From: Macrostomum lignano
Taxonomy: Eukaryota
Direction: 5' to 3'
Assembly (NCBI GenBank): GCA_002269645.1
Contig: NIVC01005225.1
Coordinates: forward strand, 1-20,158
DNA: 20,158 bases
Part shown: piece by piece, positions 1 through 9,735 of the stretch
Numbering within the stretch: position 1 is the stretch's first letter
How the letters are laid out: every line of letters begins with the position of its first letter
Notes under the pieces: model-generated
Told to the model about the DNA's origin: nothing
The model's input: the letters and a program-made list of their open reading frames with translations, nothing else
The model's database searches: none
Position numbers and translations under genes: made by a program

Positions 1-551
1 AGCCATTTTTGTTAAAATACTTACTCTACTATAGGATGCATTCTATCCATTGCTCAGTACGCGCGCTCGTGAACCAGCTAGAGACGGAATTCCACCGCAG
101 CTTACGACTTGAATGGCCTTGTCCGGGTCCAGTTCTTTGTAGCCCACTTGTTGCCTGGTGTGCTTCGATCGCTATTAACCAGAATCCCCAGGCCGATTGT
201 TTGCGTCTAAATAAAGTACTTTCTGCTTCTAATCTGGGCAGGTGTCGCGTGCTTAGCCTGGCTGCTAGGATTTTTAGCGAGGCCAGACGCCACTGGGGTC
301 ATGCCGCCATTTTTTTTTGCCGGTTTCAGCATCGGCTCCGTGGTTGCCACCACTGCTATAATGGTGCTGTACTTGAGAAAGAACAATAGTTGATTGCTTA
401 TTATTTGACTCTGCTCAATATTGCCAATTTTCTAATGTTATTACAAAATTAATCAGTGCCACGACTCCAGCTGGTTCGATACATTTCATTCGGGGCGGGT
501 GTGAACGATGTCACGAATTTTTTAGTCATTTTTACAGCTTATCTGTGTTTG

Positions 552-1025
552 CTCTGTTTTCTCTCCCCTCTTTCCAGTTCAGTCTTGTTATTCTTATCTC
601 TCTCGTCGCTGCCTTCCTGATTGGCTCTTCAATCTCGCTGTTTCCTCAGTCGCGCGCTCCACCCCCATCGTCTCTTTTTACTCTGTTTTTCTCTCCCTCT
701 AGTCCAGTTCAGCCTTGTTATTCTTATCTCTCTCCCTCTCGCTGCCCTTCTGATTGGCTCTTCAATCTCGCCTGTTTCCTGAGTCGCGCGCTCCACCCCA
801 TCGTCTCTTTTTACTCTGTTTTTCTCTCCCTTAGTCCAGTTCAGCCTTGTTATTCTTATCTCTCCCCCTCGCTGCCTTCTGATTGGCTCTTCAATCTCGC
901 CTGTTTCCTGAGTCGCGCGCTCCACCCCCATCATCTCTTTTTACTCTGTTTTTCTCTCCTTAGTCCAGTTCAGTCTTGTTATTCTTATCTCTCCCCCTCG
1001 CTGCCTTCTGATTGGCTCTTCAATC
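552..1025. repeat. Tandem repeat, ~130 bp unit, ~3.6 copies, pyrimidine-rich on + strand
   Basis: Unit start CTCTGTTTT recurs at 552, 681, 814 and 944 (spacings 129, 133, 130). Each copy carries CCAGTTCAG.CTTGTTATTCTTATCTC and CTGATTGGCTCTTCAATC. ORFs 545..1072 and 629..934 are by-products of the repeat. Confidence 0.95.
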
Positions 1026-1866
1026 CTTATTCACGCGCTCCTTTCTTATATGCACTCAGCCCACCCCACTAATTGAAATTCACTAGTTTTGAGCCATGCG
1101 CCATACTTACGCTCGTACTGTGTTTTTTGTTTCTAACTTTCGAACTGCGCGTGTGTAAGAGAGTGCGTTTTGTGCTGATTATTTAAAAGCTTTGTTTTTT
1201 ATTATTCAATCGCCTTTGCCTTGACTTGACAATTTAATTAAAAATTGATGCTTACTCATTTTTTGATGTTTTACTTATGTACATAGGCAATATTAAGTTC
1301 CACTTATTGATTAATTCGCACATTCGCCTGCTTTCAATTTCTGCTCAACTCGGCTATTTTATTGTTTTAATATTTTTAAACGCTATTTGTTATACCTTTT
1401 TATTGGATAGGGTGCTATATACTCGGCAACATTCAAAGGCTGAAGTTTTTTCCAGCTAAGTTACAGTGCAAGCCAATGAAATATTTGTGTGAAATATTTA
1501 TACAGGACAATCATTACTTAATAATGACTTTTACAGTATAAAATCATTTTCAAGTTTTGGCGTGTCTTGACTCATACATCTTTCCTTTTTCTAATTTAAA
1601 TTAGAAAATTAGAATGTATTTTTTAAAGCGGTTCAAATTTTTATAGAAGTTTTGCGTTGCATTAAAATAAATGACAATAAATTATTTGAATCTTTCTTTT
1701 AATCGCATCTTATATTTTCAGCAGCATGTTTCGCTTTGCTTATTTATTATTTTAAGTTACAGTAAAAGTGTATCATTTGTCTACATATCATGTACTTTTA
1801 TTAGTTTTTTTACTATGATTAAGAGCTGTAGCACTGTTTAGTGTAGGTTTTCTTCTAGTTGAACTC

Positions 1867-1980
1867 GTCTGTCTGCCTGACTGTCACAGTATCTGTCTGT
1901 CTGTCTATCTATCTGTCTGGTTGTTCCTGTGTCTATCTATCTGTCTGGTTGTTCCTGTGTCTATCTGTCTGTCTGCTGTA

Positions 1981-2017
<37 letters not shown>

Positions 2018-2084
2018 GTCTGGTTGTTCCTGTGTCTATCTATCTGTCTGGTTGTTCCTGTGTCTATCTGTCTGTCTGCCTGTA

Positions 2085-2121
<37 letters not shown>

Positions 2122-2200
2122 GTCTATCTATCTGTCTGGTTGTTCCTGTGTCTATCTATCTGTCTGGTTGTTCCTGTGTCTATCTGTCTGTCTGTCTGTA

Positions 2201-2243
<43 letters not shown>

Positions 2244-2323
2244 GTCTGTCTGTCTGTCTGTTTGTCATAGGGTCTGTCTGTCTGTCTGTCTCTGTCTGTC
2301 TGTCTGTCTGTTTGTCATAGGGT

Positions 2324-2415
<92 letters not shown>

Positions 2416-2425
2416 TTGTCATAGG

Positions 2426-2459
<34 letters not shown>

Positions 2460-2610
2460 TTGTCATAGGGTCTGTCTGTCTGTCTGTCATAGGTCTGTCT
2501 GTTTGTCATAGGGTCTGTCTGTCTGTCTGTCATAGGTCTGTCTGTTTGTCATAGGGTCTGTCTGTCTGTCTGTCTGTCATAGGTCTGTCTGTCTGTCTGT
2601 TTGTCATAGG

Positions 2611-2653
<43 letters not shown>
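1867..2653. repeat. Compound (TCTG)n microsatellite with interspersed sub-units
   Basis: Direct reading: TCTG array interrupted by CTGGTTGTTCCTGTGTCTAT (about 1917-2185) and TTTGTCATAGGG (about 2261-2610). Confidence 0.98.
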
Positions 2654-2849
2654 AGACTGTCCATCTGTCAAAGTGTGAATTTGTCTGTCTGTGTTACACT
2701 TTCTATCCCTTGTCGTACGCTCGTCTCAAGTGTTCAAAATACCTCTGTGGATGAGATGTTTTTGGCCATAGACAAAAGCTTACAAACAATATATTATATA
2801 TTAATGATTAGTTTAGCTAATGATCTGTTTCTTTCAAATCTTGCAGGCA

Positions 2850-3315
2850 ATGAGCTTGAGTCGCGTCTGTCTAAGCAGCATTAGCCGCCGCTTTTATCCT
2901 CTTCATCGTCATCTTTGAGATCGAAAAATCGCATATCGGAAAGTGTAGGCCCGCCAGATCCTCGATCTTGCATCCGGCCGGTTGATGTGAAAATCGGTGA
3001 CGAGTTAAGAGACATCCAGGCCAGGTGCTATCGCGATAAACGCCTGGCCGCGTTCGACCTTTGCCACAAGCACTGGGCGGCGCACAATCAGGCATTCAAG
3101 CTGGCTAAAGACAGATTCTCGATTATTAAACGAACTGAGCTGGCGTTTGCACCCGAGGAGCAGCTGATGCCGGACCAGATGGCCGAGTTCTATAGGCAGT
3201 TTCTTGAGCAGACTCGCCAGGGTCAGTACGAGTTAACCGATTGTGGTATCGAACTCTGCTCGGGCTGCTTGTTGCTCAGGCTAAACTCTATTTACCCAGG
3301 CGGATGTCTAAGTAG
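2850..3315 (+). CDS. COA8: Cytochrome c oxidase assembly factor 8 (COA8/APOPT1)-like protein, ~155 aa, intronless CDS, interrupted by two 1-bp deletions
   Basis: ATG at 2850 (MSLSRVCLSSISRRFYPLHRH, Arg/Ser-rich transit-peptide-like). A -1 shift at TTT 2914-2916 leads into VGPPDPRSCIRP...HWAAHNQAFKLAKDRF...MAEFYRQFL. A second -1 shift at TT 3233-3234 gives (F)NRLWYRTLLGLLVAQAKLYLPRRMSK* (TAG 3313-3315). The motif order matches recalled APOPT1/COA8 motifs GPPD..SNLRP, FW..QN..F..EK..F, MA.FYK.FL and YNR.WY. Confidence 0.85.
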
Positions 3316-3497
3316 AACTTCGCATTGAACTGTATCAACTACTGCATACTCAAAGTGTGTTAATAATCAATTTTAACAAAAATACATTCATGATTGTATA
3401 TTGCATTCTGTAAATGATTTTGGTTGGCATTTTGTTTTTTTGTGCTTCATTATGGATTGTACAGAACTGCCACCAGGTTTAACCATAAGCTTTAAAA

Positions 3498-4172
3498 TCT
3501 GTCTGTCTCTCTGTGTCTTGTCTGTGTGTCTGTCTGTCTGCCTGTGTCTTGTCTGTCTGTCTTTGTGTGTCTGTCTATGTCTTGTCTGTCTGTCTGTCTG
3601 TCTGTGTCTTGTCTGTCTGTCTGTGTGTCTGTCTGTGTCTTGTCTGTCTGTCTGTCTGCCTGTGTCTTGTCTATGTCTGTCTGCGTCTTGTCTGTCTGTC
3701 TGTCTGCCTGTGTCTTGTCTGTGTCTGTCTGTGTCTTGTCTGTCTGTCTGTCTGCCTGTGTCTTGTCTGTGTCTGTCTGTGTCTTGTCTGTCTGTGTGTC
3801 TGTGTCTGTCTGTCTGTGTCTTGTCTGTGTCTGTCTGTCCGTCTGTCTGTGTCCTGTCTGTCTGTCTGTCTATGTCTGTCTGTGTCTGTCTGTCTGTCTG
3901 TCTGTGTCTGTCTGTCTGTGTCTTGTCTGTCTGTCTGTCTGTGTCTGTCCTGTGTCTTGTCTGTCTGCCTGTGTCTTGTCTGTCTGTCTGTCTGCTTGTG
4001 TCTTGTCTGTGTGTCTGTGTCTGTCTGTCTGTCTGTCTGTATCTGTGTCTGTCTGTCTGTCTGTCTTGTCTGTCTGTCTGTCTGTCGGTCTTGTCTGTCT
4101 GTCTGTCTGTCTATGTCTTGTTCTATGTGTGTTCTGTCTGTCTGTCTGTCTTTCTGTCTGTCTGTCTGTCTG
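3498..4172. repeat. Degenerate (TGTC)n microsatellite with GTGTCTT interruptions
   Basis: Direct reading. It produces the spurious CLSV/TDRQ ORFs 3401..4288, 3513..4199, 3526..4173 and 3671..4186. Confidence 0.98.
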
Positions 4173-4311
4173 AAGCTAGTCTGCATACACAGTCCATAGA
4201 GTCCAGTTGTCCTACAATTTGCTTAACACGTGACGTAACTCTACAAAAGCTACAAAATTCCCTTTTTCATCACTCCATGCTGCTTTAAATCAGTCAAAAG
4301 GGCTCGGAAAG

Positions 4312-5025
4312 ATGCACAGTCTGATGCTGCGTTGCTGCAGACTTATTGGATCTGCAAATTTTCTAACAAGACTTGCACAGTCAACACCTGTAGCTGTTAG
4401 CAATAGCAATTATAACAAACGGTTGTTAACGTACGCTTCTGGTGTTGCTATGACAACGGATCGATATGGCGGCGTTATGCTAGACCTGTCGGCTGTTAAC
4501 GAGGGCACTGATGAAGATCTAGTTATGGAGCATATAAGAGGTGGGTATTCATAGAAGTGTTGCTATCAAAATTTAAGTGTACTTTGTAACACTATCGCTT
4601 GTTAATTCTACCTACGTGATATTCATACGTAGTTGAAGTTTGGTGTAATAATAATAATAATAATAATAATAATTGATTACACCTGCCCCAATTGGGCCAG
4701 TTGTGTAGCCTGAAGCTCTGAAGGCTGCGTACGGCTGTTCAGTCCAATGACTGGGGGTCGCCACACATCCTCAATTACCCCAGCTAATGCTGGCACCATT
4801 TTACAGCTGGGTGAACTGAAGCAATGAGCAGTTAAACGTGTACGTGCTCAAGGACACAGATTGTTCCGAGTGGGCCCTTGACGCTCTAACCACTAGGCTA
4901 CAACCCGAGGGGGTTGGGGTAATTGAGGGCGTGTGTGGCGACCCCCAGCAAGTTTGCTGAACAGCCGTACGCAGCATTCAGAACTGTCGTTTGCACATCT
5001 TGCCGAATTGGGGCAGGTGTAATCA

Positions 5026-5061
<36 letters not shown>

Positions 5062-6186
5062 GTAAAAAAATATAGATGAACTCAAAGATCATTAAAGAAA
5101 ATCGTTAAATAAAAATTTCTGATGATGAAAACAAAGTACAAAAGTCGACCTTATTTCTTACCATCACAAGCCAGACGCGGTCTCCAACAGTTTAACAGTA
5201 GCTCCGGCAGCCTGGGTTCGAGTGCCTCTCCATCTGAGCAGTTTAACTACACATCTGGCTGTCGACGGCTTCCGTTATCATCACGCCGAAGGCTACTACG
5301 CGACTCTGGTGAAATGGCTGAGGCCAGGACGGCCAAGTAAAGTGCCTCGGTTTGGCACGCATCAGCTCGGGGTTGCAGGCTTGCTCATTGATGGCGATTC
5401 GTTGCTGTGCGTCCGCGAGCATCGGTTGCCGCCTAAACAGGTTAGAGATAAAAATTATAATTTCTATTTTAATGTTTGCCACTACGGGCGTAATAGTGCC
5501 ATACATGCGCAACAGCCGATCCGATTTGGCGGCCAACCAAGGTAAGTCGCAAAAATGCCCACCCCAAAGAATAGACGTAGTACTAATTAGATGACGAAGC
5601 ATTTTGCCTTTATAAGACAGTCATAGTTACTCCTGCCGTTTACCCCAAATTGCGTTAATTTTGCTTAATGGTTTCTTTCACAGGTAAGTCATTCAGTCAT
5701 CATTGCCTCTCTCGCAGGGCGCCCAGACTAAGAAGCCTCACAGTCGCCATGGAAACTACCAGGCGGTGTCGCCGATTTAGGCGAAGAAATTGGCGACGCG
5801 GCTGTTCGCGAAGTCGCGGAAGAAACCGGCATCGCGGCGCGATTCGAGTCTGTGCTGGCCTTTCGTCATCATCACTGGCATCCGATGGCTTTTAATCGGT
5901 CAGATTTTTATGTACTGTGCCGACTGAGTCTTGATGGACAGCGGCGAGGCGAGTTGAAACCGTGTCCAGATGAGATTTCCAAGGTTGATTGGCTGACAGT
6001 GTCCCAGCTTGATGCACTGCCGACAGAGGAGGTGGCCCGATTCTGCGGGCATCTCTGCCGCTGATTAGACTCGGATTAAGAAACGGTTTTAAGACGGTCG
6101 ATATGCAAAGATTTGCATTGCACTCGTTGTATACGGCTAAACGGGTTAGTCTGTATCACAGGCCGTTGCTGGGTGAAGTCGAGTAA
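4312..6186 (+). CDS. NUDT6: Nudix hydrolase NUDT6-like, ~312 aa; exons 4312-4540, 5175-5440, 5744-6186 (one 1-bp deletion near 6031)
   Basis: Exon 1 has DRYGGV and ends G|GTGGGT. Exon 2 follows CCAG| and reads DAVSNSLTVAPAAWVRVP...GFRYHHAEGYYATLVKWL...PRFGTHQLGVAG, ending CAG|GTTAGA. Exon 3 contains WKLPGG and a complete Nudix box GGVADLGEEIGDAAVREVAEETGI, then SDFYVLCRL. A -1 shift near 6031 restores PILRASLPLIRLGLRNGFKTVDM...LYTAKRVSLYHRPL, stop TAA 6184-6186. Intron phases 1 and 0 are compatible. The exon 3 acceptor could instead be 5717/5718 if one more indel is assumed. Confidence 0.9.
4646..4905 (-). mobile_element. tRNA-derived SINE, near full-length (B-box region deleted), in NUDT6 intron 1
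   Basis: Reverse complement starts GGTTGTAGCCTAGTGGTTAGAGCGTC (A-box). It shares GTGTCCTTGAGCA, CATTGCTTCAGTTCACCCAG, GTGGCGACCCCCAGTC, GGACTGAACAGCCGTACGCAGCC and GGGCAGGTGTAATCAATT(ATT)n with the copy at 11966-12233. Confidence 0.85.
4915..5061 (+). mobile_element. 5'-truncated copy of the same SINE, head-to-head with the previous copy
   Basis: TGGGGTAATTGAGGG...GTGGCGACCCCCAG...CTGAACAGCCGTACGCAGC...GGGGCAGGTGTAATCAATT followed by an (ATT)n tail. Confidence 0.85.
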
Positions 6187-6278
6187 AGAGCTTTTTTAAT
6201 AGCAGCGTAATTTGTAGTTGTTAGTCTATGAATTCTCCTTTTTCTGCAGGTTTTAATTTCTAACTTTTGGTTTTTAGT

Positions 6279-7107
6279 TAGTCATCTTGGCTTGGGAGAG
6301 TCAGATTCTCGGTTAGTCATCCTGGGAGAATCAGATTCTCAGGTAGTCATCCTGGGAGAGTCAGATTCTCAGGTAGTCATCCTGGGAGAGTCAGATTCTC
6401 AGCAAGTAGTCATCTGGGAGAGTCAGATTCTCAGGTAGTCATTGGGAGAGTCAGATTCTCAGGTAGTCATCCTGGGAGAGTCAGATTCTCAGGTAGTCAT
6501 CCTGGGAGAGTCAGATTCTCAGGTAGTCATCCTGGGAGAGTCAGATTCTCAGGTAGTCATTGGGAGAGTCAGATTCTCAGTAGTCATCCTGGGAGAGTCA
6601 GATTCTCAGCAAGTAGTCATCTGGGAGAGTCAGATTCTCAGGTAGTCATTGGGAGAGTCAGATTCTCAGGTAGTCATCCTGGGAGAGTCAGATTCTCAGG
6701 TAGTCATCCTGGGAGAGTCAGATTCTCAGGTAGTCAGGTTGGGAGAGTCAGATTCTCAGGTAGTCATTGGGAGAGTCAGATTCTCAGGTAGTCATTGGGA
6801 GAGTCAGATTCTCAGGTAGTCAGGTTGGGAGAGTCAGATTCTCAGGTAGTCATCCTGGGAGAGTCAGATTCTCAGGTAGTCATTGGGAGAGTCAGATTCT
6901 CAGGTAGTCATTGGGAGAGTCAGATTCTCAGGTAGTCATCCTGGGAGAGTCAGATTCTCAGGTAGTCATCTGGGAGAGTCAGATTCTCAGGTAGTCAGGT
7001 TGGGAGAGTCAGATTCTCAGGTAGTCAGGTTGGGAGAGTCAGATTCTCAGGTAGTCAGGTTGGGAGAGTCAGATTCCAGGTAGACATCCTGGAAAAGTGA
7101 GATTCTC
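6279..7107. repeat. Minisatellite, 28-31 bp unit (GGGAGAGTCAGATTCTCAGGTAGTCATCCT), ~28 copies
   Basis: Direct reading. Length variants differ in the spacer (CATCCT, CATT, CAGGTT, CATCT). ORFs 6442..6645 and 6883..7083 (GESDSQVVIL repeats) are by-products. Confidence 0.97.
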
Positions 7108-8036
7108 TCTACCAGTATTTCACCGCCAGTCATTGGACTGCGGATAAAATAGAATTCAAAGCCCTAACCTAAATTCTCATATTATCCATACGCTTATTTT
7201 TCCAGTGCGCTGTACCTACAATGTACATGTCTTTTTTAGAACTATAATAGTTTAACAACAATTAGATTGAATCAATTGTAAATTATTTGAAACAAGAGCG
7301 TATTAACAATTTGTTGACTCCCAACCGATGTCATAACTAAATCGCAAACATCATGCCTTTCTTGTAATATGGTTCATTATATTTATGCTTGCATATCATA
7401 GCATACAATATATAGTTTGTATTGCAGAAATAAATAAAAACTTGTGTACGTTTTGAACAGACCAGCTTGTCTGAAGCAGTTGGCGGTGACATGCGTATCA
7501 AATTATTGTGAAGTTTTGCTGTTTTTAAGATTTTACACAAGTAGCAGAACAGTGCACAAGTCGGTCACACAGATACTAAAATAACTAGATGGGCCACTCA
7601 GACATATATACTTAGCAAAATAGCTTTGTACTTTCAGTTCAGTAGCAAAGACGAATGCGTAAGCTATTTTATAGGAATAAAGGCAGCTGAAATGACTTTG
7701 ATAAGTAGGAAGTCCAAGCTTGCAGGCGTAAACAACTTGCTAATTGGTTCAGCAATAATGTACATTGGCCAGTCCACTGAAATGTACATGGCAGCTTTAG
7801 GCTGGAAATCCGAGAACGGCAATAAAAATTAGATTGGGGGGGGGGGGCGGGCGGGGCGGAAAGGCGCGGTTGGAGGGTTTGAGCTAGGGGTAAGAGCTTT
7901 GGCTTTAAAAATACATTAAAATGCTTCCGTTTAACTTACTACTGAACTGAAAGTAGCTTACACGCAACTGTGCAGAGTGGCCCATCTATTCTAGTATCTG
8001 TGGTCGGTCATGAGCATATTTTTACATCAGCTCTTG

Positions 8037-8552
8037 CTAGACTTTTCTCACTGGAATTGGTGGCAGCAGGTTTCGAGCTGCAGCCTTTCTTGCCGCCGCC
8101 CTTTCAGCTGCGTAGCTTAATCCAACTTGTACAGACGGGTGAAAGGATACAGTCTTCTGTTGGTTGTTGTCGTTCTTGGCATTGCTTGGCTTAGCTCTTT
8201 GCTGCTGCTCCTGCTGTTTTCGCGTCCTTCTTGAAGAAGCTTCAAGTGCTAGGCTAGCCGCAGTCAGGGCTTGCTGTACTAGCATTCTTGGCGACGTGGT
8301 TGCTACAGGGATTTCGGCCGCCGCGTCAGACCAGTGCAGATTTTCGTAATATCCTGATTGCCGGGGTCTCATGGTTCGATTGTCTGGCCTATAAGTTGCT
8401 CCAGAATCGCAGAGAAACACTATTCGACGATGATCGAACAATTGCTGCTGTTTCGTCTCTAAACTTGTTGTCCTCCGCTGCTGCGGTAGGCAGAAGCCTA
8501 CGGTAGTGTTTAGCGAGTTTAACTTAGTGTTGTTGTCTAATTCTTGCTGCAT
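8037..8552 (-). CDS. Hypothetical low-complexity protein, 171 aa (Q/A/R-rich); no family recognised
   Basis: True ATG at 8552 and a 516-nt open frame in non-repetitive, exon-like GC-rich sequence between AT-richer flanks. No homology recognised; it may be one exon of a larger gene. Confidence 0.5.
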   Translation of the reverse strand: MQQELDNNTKLNSLNTTVGFCLPQQRRTTSLETKQQQLFDHRRIVFLCDSGATYRPDNRTMRPRQSGYYENLHWSDAAAEIPVATTSPRMLVQQALTAASLALEASSRRTRKQQEQQQRAKPSNAKNDNNQQKTVSFHPSVQVGLSYAAERAAARKAAARNLLPPIPVRKV

Positions 8553-9735
8553 TGTCGCTTGTGATCGTGTGTTTTGTTAAGACAGTCGCAGAACTGGCAA
8601 TGACTTCACTTGAATACGCTGCTCCGAACGAATTGGTTATAACAGAGCCTACGGACTGCTGCTTTAATAATAATCTAGCTCGGAGGTTTCTTTATCTTTT
8701 AGACGCGAGTTGAATTCAACGACGCTGAGCGAAAGTATTACAGTGTAATCAGCAAACAAAACTCTTGTTCCAAGTGTGCGGACTTTATATAAACCGACTA
8801 TAGGCGACGAAAGCTCAACTCACTCGCTAGGTGCCACTTCAGACAGACTTTTATACTCGTATATGGCACTACACTATATTTAACATGTCTCTCTAGTTCT
8901 ACCTACACTACATGTAGCGTATGGCTGCATAAAACTTATAAGACATTAAGCATTCGCTTTGCCAAGCTAAACTCAAGCCAACATTTACTGTCTTACAAAG
9001 CGATGAATGTTTAATTAAAACTGGACAGACAGAGAGAGAATATGCAGCAGGCTTCTCCATGGGGTATCTTGAATTAATATTCCTTAGCGTGCACGCGAAC
9101 GTGAAGCCGTAGTAGCTGATCAACCTTAGGAAGTTATAAAGGTTAAAATGCAGAGTGCCTAGACCATGTACAATGTACGTTGTTACTATATGTGTGTACG
9201 TTATCACTGACTTACTTCAGATGATCTTTGAGTATATATGCCTGTTATATAGATTTTTTCCGGTCGAATAGCACAAAATCCAACTCCATTTCAACATACG
9301 AGTACATAGCCCTCGATCTCAAGTGCATAAAATTCAGGGGATCTAGCATCGAAAACCCGAACTATCGTAACTCCAAATACGGTGCTAAAACTTTTCCGGT
9401 GTTGTGATTTTTCGGGTCTATGATGGCGACCCAACCGCTACTTAAAAGGCCAAACCAAGTGCGACAAAGCACCACTGCGCACACAACAATATAGATATGC
9501 TGTTGCCGAACCAGCAGAATATCCGCTGCATGGGGACAGCAACGAGCGAGTCTGCTACTTAAAATGACTAACTAGATGTAGTTACTTGGGCTTTTTTTAA
9601 ACTCTCAATTGCATGGCATTTCGCGGCTTATTTGGCTTGTTGCCGCTAAACTAGAATTGATTATGTCGCATTTGAGTTAGCTACCCCCACCTTGTGACCC
9701 CTCGTAGTAATAAATAGTTTTGCTTCAGGGCGCCA

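Noticed and set aside
1859-4288. Long Cys/Leu/Ser/Val-rich and TDRQ-rich ORFs
   Set aside because: They are translations of (TCTG)n microsatellites, which lack stop codons in most frames.
2914-6062. Programmed ribosomal frameshifting in COA8/NUDT6
   Set aside because: No X XXY YYZ slippery heptamers are present at the sites, and similar indels affect unrelated genes. Sequencing error is more parsimonious.
6279-7107. CRISPR-like array (about 30-bp repeats with a dyad)
   Set aside because: Units are contiguous with no unique spacers, there are no cas genes, and the context is eukaryotic. The same applies to 12701-13925 and 14491-14691.
7834-7890. G-run / GC-box cluster (GGGGCGGGCGGGGCGG) as a promoter
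   Set aside because: No gene start could be supported downstream on either strand. It may form a G-quadruplex, but nothing else supports a function.
8908-9207. 99-aa minus-strand ORF, and other short AT-rich ORFs (1277, 2675, 7337, 7626, 11193)
   Set aside because: They have non-ATG or weak starts, intron-like composition and no recognisable motifs.
5079-9231. 13-nt inverted match ACTCAAAGATCAT (~5080 on +, ~9220 on -)
   Set aside because: It is short, AT-rich and does not extend, so it is compatible with chance.
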